From: a virus
Length of the DNA stretch: 64,000 nt
IMG/VR virus record: IMGVR_UViG_3300037102_000029
Location: 3,855 to 67,854 of that record
Reading direction: 5' to 3' (one strand)
Shown here: in pieces, positions 8,501-17,333 of the stretch
How the letters are laid out: every line of letters begins with the position of its first letter
Numbering within the stretch: position 1 is the stretch's first letter
Notes under the pieces: generated by a model
Told to the model about the DNA's origin: nothing
Database searches by the model: none
What the model saw: the letters and a program-made list of their open reading frames with translations, nothing else
Program-made: the position numbers and the translations under genes

Positions 8501-9918
8501 CCGATGTGCTGCTTAATGACGAATCGGTCATGCAGCTTACTTCTATTGTCAGCGTTGACAGTCCTACCGTAATAACCATCGCCGATGCACTTACGAATGA
8601 TTACCTTGTTTCAGCCGATGCTTACGCTGTAGAGATAGACCCGAATGACTGCTTCCTGACTAACACAACGAGTCTCGATGAGGCTCTGACTGCTGATGCG
8701 GTTCAGGGGGCATATACTGTAAAGTTAACTGACACTACCGGCTGCATTGCAGGGCATCCCGTGACACTTCTCAACAATCCAGCGTCCCCCCGGCTGCCTG
8801 GCACGACCGTCACTGAAACAAATGTCATAGCTTCAGTTGATAGTCAGACACAACTCACCCTTGTAAATGCATTAGCCAACACCTACGCCGTCACGGATAA
8901 TGCCGAGATAGTAGATACGTTTGCCATCGTGCCACGTGCTCTAAATCCTGACTGCGAACTTGTTATCTTCTGGATGCGAGGTTGCCCACCGTGTTATACA
9001 GCCAAGAAACAACTCTTAGCGATCAAGGCTGCGATGAACCCAACTGACGATCCGACCGGCCTACAGGTCACATTTGTCGAGATTCAGGATCACGTAGGAC
9101 AGGTAGACGAATTGGGCAACCTGAACGTTGGGATGGATCAGGCAGCTATCTTGTACCCTGACGCCTACAACTTCGCAGCAAATTGTGGCCCCCCGCCACC
9201 GGCGTCGTATGGAGTTATCAATAGTGAAAAGGGCATGATGCCGGCAGTTATCTCCGTTTATCGGAGTGGATTATGGATTAAGTCGTGGTGTGGTGTGCAT
9301 ACCACCGGAGTTGACCCCATCGCAAGCGACGTGATCGAGGATACATGCGGTCCCGCAACCGCGTGGCGACTTGGCACGAGCTCAATCGGCTTTCAGGTCG
9401 TTATTCCGAGCGGTGGCGAGGCGATCTCGTATCCAGTCTGGACTATCACAGGGCCAGGACAGACACCTACATTCACAAACGTTACCACGGGAGATGTATT
9501 TCAACTGAATCACGAGCTAGTCGCAGGTGAGACGGTCATTGTAGATGCGACTGAGGAAAGTCATACGGTCGGCAGCACTGCATCAGCGGACTTCGTTGGA
9601 AGTGGCTATATGAAAACAGAAACCTGTCCCACTTGTCACGGTACTGGTGTCGTAGCAGCGTGTGCGACTTGTGGCGGCCAGGAAATTTGCCCTACCTGCC
9701 ACGGCACCGGCATTATCAGCGTATGGGTAGCATCCTCAACGGGTTCAACGAACGATGTCGGCAGCATGTATAACCTCCGTTTCCAGATGGACCCGAATGG
9801 CAATACGTTCTGGGGATTCGCGCCTACGGCTACCGTCATTCAGGTCGAAATGGGACTCGTGCAATACGGAAGTAGCATTATCAATATGCAATTAGTGAAG
9901 CGTTACGCAGGAATTTAA
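5572..9918 (+). CDS. Distal tail (Dit-like) protein with large nested insertions: Ig-like, TIM-barrel-like, thioredoxin-like and DnaJ-type Zn finger
   Basis: Directly after the tape measure gene. N-terminus has Dit-like motifs (RTVYLPLFIRG, ALDPFWY); C-terminus has YPVWTITGPG...NVTTG...LVAGETVIVD. Inserts contain CPPC and CxxCxGxG repeats. Confidence 0.75.
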   Translation: MTETWILKTSDGEVYNLQVAPTDDPTCYDGIYNLMEGVTGHHGMPVTLTSDTVPNIAGAELRQVQYGIRTVYLPLFIRGNSAAEFHHNFAKLRQSLDPNQDTQLWVTNEEGETRVLYCRYSKGFDNATDDSASKGLSWTFLPLYMDALDPFWYDPPGAEISNNYSSDPWSTDFLTFTVPVGIAADGMTGDTTLTLDSTDNLVAGMPLELHAGQTIVSDTPYITESLEEEKVGDSMQYESSVSVSTETSTVQVNQAYHVSGTVVSQNQNLSSSVVTITETDPNGVTTTHTAVTNNSGNYVQTIVSDINGVYTYQVNYNGDATHLPSTAVTSITVGTVVATTLTLTSSNANPAPGASFNLTGTLATTGGGVASQPINIYKKTATANVLVGSAHTNSSGVYSFPRKETTSGYCHYSATYAGDAISTTSAKQDPGIMGWLEWLFEKIFGLLEGLFKAGRYSASNASLVLKIGSPTYSIEYQAALPPSMINDGEIQYFAAHGFNGIICIAEKIGDPYSIEKGVITGQGLWAAIDISVVTNSAASIQTGAIATWLASLYAAGWRTFAGFNTTGRSGDPAYIASLGAGARYINYSSTPRKGTTTNPDIDGTGVYQNTFQFCNPNAIPSIEAWTQAAFIASPSVKSGLMAQVLPNDANGINQILANAVKDDCPDYTCILDWSEGNATGMTHFCIWFQPKYNAVTARDIENEQVVLYKSLGFEQIVTEMKKYYPATVSTWSPPTLKATELTVTHVDGVELVTFSGQLTTITDGAALVGKTITLQELPQSSISGATTFATASTSSKNITVATGTGATFVSGHAQAVTISDANNTETNSITSISGDVITLTNYPSHTYTNGTITAVSYPSGQPTIGVTCAASFVAGDVVTVSDNTPYSESRTVSTVNYTVNTITFTTNLTNTYTIAKSASVLGTWTDRAATATTDANGKYSIPYDPTPAGKHVFRLKYAGDGTHMAVYAPTLGITIYADVLLNDESVMQLTSIVSVDSPTVITIADALTNDYLVSADAYAVEIDPNDCFLTNTTSLDEALTADAVQGAYTVKLTDTTGCIAGHPVTLLNNPASPRLPGTTVTETNVIASVDSQTQLTLVNALANTYAVTDNAEIVDTFAIVPRALNPDCELVIFWMRGCPPCYTAKKQLLAIKAAMNPTDDPTGLQVTFVEIQDHVGQVDELGNLNVGMDQAAILYPDAYNFAANCGPPPPASYGVINSEKGMMPAVISVYRSGLWIKSWCGVHTTGVDPIASDVIEDTCGPATAWRLGTSSIGFQVVIPSGGEAISYPVWTITGPGQTPTFTNVTTGDVFQLNHELVAGETVIVDATEESHTVGSTASADFVGSGYMKTETCPTCHGTGVVAACATCGGQEICPTCHGTGIISVWVASSTGSTNDVGSMYNLRFQMDPNGNTFWGFAPTATVIQVEMGLVQYGSSIINMQLVKRYAGI

Positions 9919-11496
9919 ATGCCAGGAAGCCCATTAATAGAAGCAGAGCACAAGATAATATTGCGCGATGAAACCACGTTTGAGGACATCGGTGAGGTTA
10001 CACGCTTCACGCAATGGCAACATACGCTGAAGCTCAACGATGTTTCGTCGTGGCAGCTCGATATGCGAACGCAGGACTTCAACAGTTATGATATAGATGT
10101 TACTACGGGGATACAACTCTGGCGTGACGACGTGCTGCTTATTGATGGGCCTATATCACCAAAAGGGATCAAGCAAACACTTTCAGCCGGAGTCGAAACC
10201 ACGACGATAATTGGCGGTTGCGATAACCAGTACCTCACGTCGAGAATCTGCTATCCAGTAGTGACCGGGCCGCTATTCGACGTCACGACGCAGAACTGGA
10301 AATTCGGAGTGCTACGTTCGGCAGTCGGGATATCCTGCAATATCACGAAAGGCGACCTTGGCGGTCAAGAATATGACATTCCATTAGTGGTAGATGACTC
10401 TGAGAGCTTTGAGGGTGGCAATACCGTTACGTGGGTGCAGGCAAACGGAACCGCGATCTCTAATTGGAACCAACTCGTAGGAACGACAGGCAACCCTCCG
10501 ATAGCGGCTGCATACGGTTCAGGGCCCATAACAATCTCGGGTGTTGACCTGAGCACGAACACGATTACCTTAGCCGTTCACCAGCAATATCCTGCAGTCC
10601 TATCGCCTGCTATTCCTACAGGTGGCAAGCTCTACCAGACAAGCGGGGGCATAGTCGATGATCCCGCGTATCTTGGTTACGATACACGAACTGGCCCAGG
10701 TGACAATGTAGCAAAAGAGCTTGTCTATTTCAATGCTGGCGTAGGCGCGTGCTCCGATCACTTTGGCACACGAGCAATCCCACACCTAGTAGTTGCCCAT
10801 CCTCTCTCGCAGGGCGCAGTCGTTACATCTAATGCACGTGGCGAAAGCCTTCTCACGCAGGTTCAGAATGTTTGCCTAAGTGGAAACGTTAACTTCAAAA
10901 CTACTCAACAAGGGTATGATCTTGTCTTTGAGACATACGTGGGCAATGACCTCTCACAGGATGGCAACCTGGTATTCAGCCTTGCGAGTGGCAACCTAAG
11001 TGATTATCAATACAATTATGGTAGCCCAACCGCAAACATGGTATGGGGGTGCGGCCCTGAAACTGGCGTTGATAAGCTGATGCTACCGAGCGGCGACATT
11101 CAATCTATCAATGACTACGGACGATGGGAAACGTGGATAAGCTCTGCTACTGCAAAAGCCGGAGATAGCGCTGCTCTGATAGCCGCGAATATGGTTCAAA
11201 CTAATAATGCGGCTTTAGCACAGTCAATCGTAAACACGCAGCTAACATTGACTATTCAGGAGACAGATCAGGTCAGGTATCCTCGAGACTTTGGCCTCGG
11301 CGATAAGGTCTGTGTGATGATCGGCGATCAGCCAGTCTACGAGATCGTGACTGCATTTCAGTATTCAATTCCCACTTCGGCTACGGGGGCCGGAGCTGGA
11401 ACCGCACTCGCGGCGGCGCTCTCTAAACAAGAAACGCAAGCGATGAAGATAGCAAAGAGCCAACAAGCGCAACTCAGAACGATGGATTTCGCGTAG
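9919..11496 (+). CDS. Baseplate hub / minor tail protein (ReqiPepy6 Gp37-like)
   Basis: Follows Dit; motifs NDVSSWQL, ARGESLL, GNDLS..LVFS...GNL, YGRWETW, YPRDFGLGDKV are typical of this family. Confidence 0.8.
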   Translation: MPGSPLIEAEHKIILRDETTFEDIGEVTRFTQWQHTLKLNDVSSWQLDMRTQDFNSYDIDVTTGIQLWRDDVLLIDGPISPKGIKQTLSAGVETTTIIGGCDNQYLTSRICYPVVTGPLFDVTTQNWKFGVLRSAVGISCNITKGDLGGQEYDIPLVVDDSESFEGGNTVTWVQANGTAISNWNQLVGTTGNPPIAAAYGSGPITISGVDLSTNTITLAVHQQYPAVLSPAIPTGGKLYQTSGGIVDDPAYLGYDTRTGPGDNVAKELVYFNAGVGACSDHFGTRAIPHLVVAHPLSQGAVVTSNARGESLLTQVQNVCLSGNVNFKTTQQGYDLVFETYVGNDLSQDGNLVFSLASGNLSDYQYNYGSPTANMVWGCGPETGVDKLMLPSGDIQSINDYGRWETWISSATAKAGDSAALIAANMVQTNNAALAQSIVNTQLTLTIQETDQVRYPRDFGLGDKVCVMIGDQPVYEIVTAFQYSIPTSATGAGAGTALAAALSKQETQAMKIAKSQQAQLRTMDFA

Positions 11497-11503
11497 GAGA
11501 GTT

Positions 11504-11974
11504 ATGTTAAACGCAAGCGATACGGATTATAAAACTGCCGTGGCACAGAACCTAATCGACCACAGTGCAAATCTTAGTGCCATCAATGCCACATTGAATA
11601 ACACGGCAGCGGTGAATGGTTCAAGTGGGGTTCTTGAGACACAAGCCAACCAACAGAACCAGATTGACGCACTGCCGGGAACTTCGCCAGGGGCGTGCGG
11701 CAACGGAACCGGGACTTTTTGGCTTTTTTACACTGGAACGGATAATGTAATACGCATGACAAAGAACGTTAACGGCACAGGATGGACATCAGTAGCAAGC
11801 ATGGGAATAGCCGCATCTAGCGGCCCAACCGTTATCTACGACGCTAATGCATCACCCGACGTCATTCGGATATTTGCGCGAGATATGGACGGAGCAGTAG
11901 GTTGGATGTGGTATCCAGCATCCGGCACCGGCGCGTGGGGAAGGTGGACAGTTATTATCGGTGGGGTACTATAA
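11504..11974 (+). CDS. Minor tail protein (coiled coil plus small beta-propeller-like repeat)
   Basis: N-terminal heptad-like segment followed by LFYTGTDN...W / IFARDMDG...W repeats resembling fucose-lectin blades. Confidence 0.45.
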   Translation: MLNASDTDYKTAVAQNLIDHSANLSAINATLNNTAAVNGSSGVLETQANQQNQIDALPGTSPGACGNGTGTFWLFYTGTDNVIRMTKNVNGTGWTSVASMGIAASSGPTVIYDANASPDVIRIFARDMDGAVGWMWYPASGTGAWGRWTVIIGGVL

Positions 11975-13012
11975 ATGGGAAAACGCTTTTGCGCGCACTT
12001 TGGTTCGTTAGATAACCTCAGTTGGTTGGCATCAGTAGGATTTGCGGAAGCCGGGTTAGTCTGGGACTGGGATGGTAGTACTACGGCTGCTGGTACTGCA
12101 AGTGCCATACACAACGCAGGAATCCCTACAGCCACATTCAATGCGTTCAATGATGGCAGCGCAGCGGTGTGTCAACCAGGCGCTGCCGGTGGTCCGTATG
12201 CAGGATACTTCCAAGCTCTTGCGAGCGCCGGTTGGAACTGTATTGCAGGTGAGGGTTGCGGCGGCTCTGTAGTTTCCACCGTTCAGAACTATTGCACGTA
12301 TGTTAATTACGGCGGCATTGTTGGAGATAGTCAAGGAGATATGTACGCCGACCCGTGGGATCATCCGACAGGTGGCGGAAAAGGCCATTGGGATTACATC
12401 GAATCTTACGACAACAGCGACAATTACGTTGACCCGAGCCAATCAATCGGCTGGTCCAGATCAGCTGGCGCGGGACACCTCGGAATCCTTATCGGTAACT
12501 GGATGCAAGGCGTCGGCGCTCAGACGTATATAAACGTCGTTGATTCGACTGGATGCGACACGATTTGTTTTTGGGGGGGTTATAGTGCTTCATCATCGAG
12601 TATTGTGTCACTAGCGCAACAGTTAATCAGTCATTACGGAGCAACAAAAACAGGGGCAACTGGTGGAACTGCTGGGGCTACAGCAACAGCGGCGGCAACA
12701 ACAGCGGCAACGAAAGCAGTCATTCAGTGTCCCTGCAAGCACATTTCGATTGCATTCGTGGGATCATCAGCTAGTGACGTTTCACAGCACATTGAATTTA
12801 AAGTGCAAATCACTGGTCGCGCCGGATGGGTGGATAATAACGAGAACTGGATACACGGTAAACCATATACAGGCCAGCTTGAAATTTGGACGAGCAATGC
12901 AAAAAAAACGTGGTCGCTTGGAAAGATTTGGCCGGACAAGAACGGTGATTTCGCATTCTCGGTCGGAAGCGACACGGCTGAGAAAAGAAGTTATAGCGTC
13001 TGCTTCGTATGA
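11975..13012 (+). CDS. Putative virion-associated TIM-barrel glycoside-hydrolase-like protein with C-terminal beta domain
   Basis: Shares ASAGWNCIAGEG...YVNY...IESY...GILIGNW motifs with 22406-23521; Ala/Thr linker; tail operon. Confidence 0.45.
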   Translation: MGKRFCAHFGSLDNLSWLASVGFAEAGLVWDWDGSTTAAGTASAIHNAGIPTATFNAFNDGSAAVCQPGAAGGPYAGYFQALASAGWNCIAGEGCGGSVVSTVQNYCTYVNYGGIVGDSQGDMYADPWDHPTGGGKGHWDYIESYDNSDNYVDPSQSIGWSRSAGAGHLGILIGNWMQGVGAQTYINVVDSTGCDTICFWGGYSASSSSIVSLAQQLISHYGATKTGATGGTAGATATAAATTAATKAVIQCPCKHISIAFVGSSASDVSQHIEFKVQITGRAGWVDNNENWIHGKPYTGQLEIWTSNAKKTWSLGKIWPDKNGDFAFSVGSDTAEKRSYSVCFV

Positions 13013-13023
13013 GGTAATTGAAA

Positions 13024-13542
13024 ATGGCACAAGCTTGTACACCTACGATAATAACCTTGTCAGGATGTCCTCATTGCGCGAACTTAGAATCAATGCTCAA
13101 TAACGCCCAAATCAAATACACTGTTGATATGTCCCAGGCCTGCCAGTGCTATCCCTGCGCGGTGCTTTGCGACGGCTCGCACGTCACGAGTTGCGGCGGC
13201 AATGCTGAGAACGATGTCTTCGCAGCGATCCAGAAGTCGATTGCGGCAACGACAACAAAGACGTCAACAACTGCCCCCCTAAGTACTACTACTACAACCC
13301 CCGCCAGCGCCGCCAGCGTCACAACTACTCCGGCTTGGAGGACTACCAAATGGTCTAATGCACTGTCAGTCGATTGGGGTGCAAAGAACCCACTGCCTAC
13401 AATCGCGCAGACTGCAGCAGGGTACGAACCGCCTGACGTCTCGCTCACGCCGGTATTGCCAGTACCCGTTCCGCAAGCAGCAGGACTCACAGTCGCATTA
13501 AGGGATCATAAGAAGATGCCGATAGCCAGAAAAGTTGCGTAA
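13024..13542 (+). CDS. Glutaredoxin-like (CPHC) Cys-rich protein with Thr/Pro-rich tail
   Basis: IITLSGCPHCANLESMLNNAQIKY is a glutaredoxin/NrdH-type N-terminus; YP cis-Pro-like motif in CQCYPC; GAGGT SD. Confidence 0.6.
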   Translation: MAQACTPTIITLSGCPHCANLESMLNNAQIKYTVDMSQACQCYPCAVLCDGSHVTSCGGNAENDVFAAIQKSIAATTTKTSTTAPLSTTTTTPASAASVTTTPAWRTTKWSNALSVDWGAKNPLPTIAQTAAGYEPPDVSLTPVLPVPVPQAAGLTVALRDHKKMPIARKVA

Positions 13543-13557
13543 CAGGAGAAAACACAA

Positions 13558-15126
13558 ATGGTCGAAACTTCGTATCCGTTCAGAAAGCCAGGAGATACTA
13601 ACCCTTTCGGTGCCACATTGACCGAGAACCAATGGGCTCAATTCAGCCGATACTTGATAGGAACCGGCGTTATGTCGGTAAGCTTCAACGATAACCTGGG
13701 GGAGTTGGAAGTAACTGCAGGCACGCTGCCATTGACAGTGGATATCGACACGGGTGCAGCGGCCATCCAGGGGCATTATTATCAAAATAATGCGACGAAC
13801 ACGCTTACGCTTAACGCGAACCTGGCGTCCGGCATTCGCGCTGACCTAATAGCGCTCGAATGCAAGTGGGGATTAAACGCAGGGATCACCGCGATAGTAG
13901 TACAAGGAACTAACGGTCTACAGTATCCATCAACTGACCCGCGATCCGGCAACCCAATGCCGCCGCAACCAGTTCAAACAGAGGGCGTCAGATGGCAACT
14001 CCCCCTCGCTCAGGTCAATATGGTTAACGGACATACGACGATTGTGGACACGGATATCGTTGACCTACGAAACTTCGTCGGCGTACAGGCGACGCAAAGC
14101 AACTCGGTAGTCGTGGCGATGCCTAATGCTCGTTCCACTATGAAGCAAAATGCCGACTTTCAGATTCCCGCATCTGCAGGATTTATAGATGCAGACGAGA
14201 TCATAAACGAAGCCTTTTCAGTACTACCGGCATGTGGTGGAACGGTCATGCTCAGTGAGGGCGACTGCATCATCTCGGACAGTATCAGTCCAGTGATGGG
14301 TGCGAACCTCATCGGCTGCGGATCACAAACCACGATCACCTTGTCGGGCCTCGCTCCAGCAGGAACTCCGATGATAGTAGCTGGTTATGCGGGTGCGACG
14401 ATCCGCGACATGGCACTCTTTGGTGGTGGTAGTACGTCAAGTATCTACACCACAACGCCGGTCACTACCGGACTTGGCAATCAAGGCGTTCTTGTCACGA
14501 CTGGTAGCGTGCAACTCCTCAACTTAACCATCACCGGGGCGCAGGATTACGGCATTGACGTGACAAGTGGCGCAACGAGCAATGTAGTAATCAAGGACTG
14601 CACAATAACCTACGCATACGGCGACGGTATCTATTATCAGGGCGCTCTCGGAATCGTTGCTGACAACAAGATATCATACTGTGGCGACTGCGGGATACAC
14701 CTTGCTGCGACAGCCACAGGTGGTGCTCAAGCCAACAAGTTTTCAGGAAACCTCGTAACGTATTGCGGGTTGCACGGTATAATTGTTGACGGGACTGCAG
14801 CAGGTGCCATTGTAGGATGGTATAACATGATCAGTAACAACGAGATCGGACAATGCGGAATGGCTGCCACTGGTTCTCCGTCGTGTATAAACTTGATAGG
14901 TGCAGGTATCAGATCTACGTCTTTAATTGGAAACTATGGGTGGACTGCTAACGCGCCATACACGAAATATGGAATCGGCATTTCAAGTAACGCAGTGCAA
15001 GACACGCGAGCGGTTGGTAACGATATGTATGACGCATCCGGAGGAACCGGCTCAAAGGACATTATCCTAAACGGGGCCACTCTTAGCGGCCTTTCGCTAA
15101 ACCTTTACAACTCGTATCAAGCGTAA
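13558..15126 (+). CDS. Tail spike/fibre with right-handed beta-helix (pectin lyase-like)
   Basis: N-terminal phage attachment domain (LTVDIDTGAAAIQGHYY, RADLIAL, QLPLAQV, DIVDLR), then GGTVMLSEG and repeated GI...N/D-x-I parallel beta-helix turns. Confidence 0.8.
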   Translation: MVETSYPFRKPGDTNPFGATLTENQWAQFSRYLIGTGVMSVSFNDNLGELEVTAGTLPLTVDIDTGAAAIQGHYYQNNATNTLTLNANLASGIRADLIALECKWGLNAGITAIVVQGTNGLQYPSTDPRSGNPMPPQPVQTEGVRWQLPLAQVNMVNGHTTIVDTDIVDLRNFVGVQATQSNSVVVAMPNARSTMKQNADFQIPASAGFIDADEIINEAFSVLPACGGTVMLSEGDCIISDSISPVMGANLIGCGSQTTITLSGLAPAGTPMIVAGYAGATIRDMALFGGGSTSSIYTTTPVTTGLGNQGVLVTTGSVQLLNLTITGAQDYGIDVTSGATSNVVIKDCTITYAYGDGIYYQGALGIVADNKISYCGDCGIHLAATATGGAQANKFSGNLVTYCGLHGIIVDGTAAGAIVGWYNMISNNEIGQCGMAATGSPSCINLIGAGIRSTSLIGNYGWTANAPYTKYGIGISSNAVQDTRAVGNDMYDASGGTGSKDIILNGATLSGLSLNLYNSYQA

Positions 15127-15437
15127 ACGATGGTTTAGGAGGCGTTATAAAATCCCTCGCGGTGTTTATGTTCATAAAAAGGGTATTCGCCATCCTCACG
15201 CAGGCAGTCACGCAGCTAGACCCGGTGCTCGAGGAGTACGACCGAAGGCGCACCACCCCCATAAAAGTTATGTACATCGCCGTGGATATCATATTAAACG
15301 AATTGCGCCATATAGAACCGGAATTAAGCATAAAGCTTACGTCCACAAGCGCGGATATAAGATCAAAAGGGTCATGCCGTATAGACGCGGATATCACTTA
15401 AAACATAAGAGAATTGGCAGGTAAAGGAGGTGAAAAA

Positions 15438-15677
15438 ATGACCGAAGATAAACTAGAACAGGAACAAGAACACGAAGAAGCTCGAATAAAGGCAGAAGGT
15501 TTGATTGAATCTGCTGCAGCGTCGGCGCGAGACTTAATAGATGATGCAGCTACTCGCGCCATGCTGCTTATTGCGGAAGCAGTCGAGAGAGCGAAAGAGC
15601 TGCTTCATGAGGCGGCCGTAGCTGAAGCTGAACGCTTAAAGCTAGAGAGATCACGAGATGACCCCAACAAAAAGTGA
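15438..15677 (+). CDS. Small coiled-coil protein with 11-aa Ala repeats (DivIVA-like periodicity)
   Basis: AEGLIESAAAS/ARDLIDDAATR/AMLLIAEAVER/AKELLHEAAVA; strong SD AAGGAGGTGA before ATG 15438. Confidence 0.6.
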   Translation: MTEDKLEQEQEHEEARIKAEGLIESAAASARDLIDDAATRAMLLIAEAVERAKELLHEAAVAEAERLKLERSRDDPNKK

Positions 15678-16167
15678 AACGACGGCAGCCGAGGAACTGC
15701 TTGCTGCGGCCAAAGTAGCTAAAGAAGAGATGATTTCAGCTGCCGAGACTGCGCGAGAGAAGGTTAAGAACGCTTGCGATCAAGCGCTATATGACCTCGA
15801 CCGGGCGGGTCCTACTGACCGGCGACAGCTGAACGGCAGTTATCGGTGGGACCGTTCAGAGGGCATTGAAATGCGCACTGGTAAACTGGAAGTTGGCCAA
15901 GCTAAAAGGGGAGAGCAGATCATCGGATTGATCGATGACGTTGCCACTTTAAAAGACGTAATGACTGAGCAGAGCAACCGAATGACAACGCTGCGAGAAC
16001 TCATCCTCGAAGTAAAAGACGCATGCACCGTTCGGATTGACGCACTTAAAGACGATACACGAAAGGACAAGATAAGGAACCAGCAATATGTTATCGGACT
16101 CGTGGTTTCATTCGTTGTCACGGTCGCATTATCTATCCTGTTCGGGTATGCACATTTCGTTAGATAG
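15658..16167 (+). CDS. Coiled-coil protein with C-terminal transmembrane helix (XhlA/holin-like)
   Basis: Coiled coil followed by YVIGLVVSFVVTVALSILFGY; lysis-module position. Confidence 0.55.
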   Translation: MTPTKSETTAAEELLAAAKVAKEEMISAAETAREKVKNACDQALYDLDRAGPTDRRQLNGSYRWDRSEGIEMRTGKLEVGQAKRGEQIIGLIDDVATLKDVMTEQSNRMTTLRELILEVKDACTVRIDALKDDTRKDKIRNQQYVIGLVVSFVVTVALSILFGYAHFVR

Positions 16168-16175
16168 GGGAACCA

Positions 16176-16610
16176 ATGGCACTTTATAAACATAAACTGC
16201 ATCCGCACAAACCCGTTAACTCAAATGACCGTTTCACAAGCGAGCAGATAGGCTTTAACGCGAAATTGGCTGTTTGGCTTACGCAGCACGTAGGTTCTAT
16301 GTGGACGGCCTACCTGTTCACGGTAATTTGTTTTATCGGTTTAGGTGCGATACTTGGATGGCTCCCGAACACGTTGTATTGGATCATAATGTGGCTCACA
16401 TCTTCGTTCCTTTCGCTTACCATCCTGCCGATCATCATGGTCGGTCAAAACATCCTCGGCCGAAAGTCAGAGATGCAGGCAGACGAACAGTTCAAGACCA
16501 CGCAGAAGACCTACCATGACATAGAAGAGACTGGCAAGCACTTGTCCGCGCAGGATGATGAGCTGTTAAAGCAGACGAAACTGTTACTCGAGTTGTGCAA
16601 ACATGACTGA
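16176..16610 (+). CDS. DUF1003-like membrane protein
   Basis: VGSMWTAYLF...FLSLTILPIIMVGQN matches the DUF1003 signature; two TM helices. Confidence 0.7.
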   Translation: MALYKHKLHPHKPVNSNDRFTSEQIGFNAKLAVWLTQHVGSMWTAYLFTVICFIGLGAILGWLPNTLYWIIMWLTSSFLSLTILPIIMVGQNILGRKSEMQADEQFKTTQKTYHDIEETGKHLSAQDDELLKQTKLLLELCKHD

Positions 16611-17100
16611 CACTCGCTATTTAGGCGCGATGACGATGGGTGTTAATGACTCCCTCGTTGAGGTTACTGCAGCGATAGCAGGCTTAACTATTGCCCTGCA
16701 AAACGCTAGACTTGTAGCCTTAGCAGCACTCATTACAGGCCTAGCTGGATCGTTGAGCATGGCGGCAAGCGAATACCTCGAAAAAGAGACTGAAGAAGTC
16801 TTCGATAAAAACGTTAAAAGTCCTGCAGGCGCATCCATACGAACCGGCCTCCTGTATTTCGGGATCGCGATGGCCCTTATTATTCCCTTTTTATTGCTGC
16901 AGAGCTACGTAGCGGCACTCACCTGCACACTAGCTATTGCGTTTACCATCGTCGTCGGATTCACAATATATATCACGAAGCCTGAAGATAGGTATTTTTG
17001 GAAAGAGTTTCCGAAGCGAATCACATTATCATTTGGGATTGCCGCAATAGCATTTTTGCTTGCATACGGACTGCGGCTAGTCTTAGGAGTTTCAATGTGA
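16603..17100 (+). CDS. VIT1/CCC1-family metal (Fe/Mn) transporter
   Basis: GVNDSLVE...AG...GLAGSLSMAASEYL signature; about five TM helices. Confidence 0.85.
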   Translation: MTDTRYLGAMTMGVNDSLVEVTAAIAGLTIALQNARLVALAALITGLAGSLSMAASEYLEKETEEVFDKNVKSPAGASIRTGLLYFGIAMALIIPFLLLQSYVAALTCTLAIAFTIVVGFTIYITKPEDRYFWKEFPKRITLSFGIAAIAFLLAYGLRLVLGVSM

Positions 17101-17101
17101 G

Positions 17102-17121
17102 ATTTAAATGGAGGTGATAAA
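17102..17121 (+). promoter_or_regulatory. 20-bp translation-initiation cassette, copy 1 (SD GGAGGTGAT)
   Basis: ATTTAAATGGAGGTGATAAA is identical at 17102-17121 and 17334-17353, each 1 nt before an ATG. Confidence 0.8.
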
Positions 17122-17122
17122 G

Positions 17123-17311
17123 ATGGTTAGTGAAGAAGCCTTTCGCGTAGCCTGCAAGACCGCTGGCGCGACACAAGTCTCGGAAGCAGCTGCTAAAGCT
17201 GCGATCGAGGTGTTAATCAACAAGCAGGTTGCACTCGCCCAGGCTGCAGTTGCAGCAATGCAAGCCGCAGGACGCACGCGGGTAGAACCTGAAGATGTAC
17301 CTACAGCTTAG
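17123..17311 (+). CDS. Archaeal-type histone-fold protein 1 (62 aa, truncated alpha3)
   Basis: KTAGATQVSEAA...AAGRTRVEPEDV aligns with HMf-type KDAGAERVSDDA...HAGRKTIKAEDI; perfect SD. Confidence 0.8.
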   Translation: MVSEEAFRVACKTAGATQVSEAAAKAAIEVLINKQVALAQAAVAAMQAAGRTRVEPEDVPTA

Positions 17312-17333
17312 AGGGGTAACGCCCTTCTTTTTT
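17312..17333 (+). terminator. Short hairpin plus T-tract after histone 1
   Basis: AGGG-GTAACG-CCCT followed by TCTTTTTT. Confidence 0.45.
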
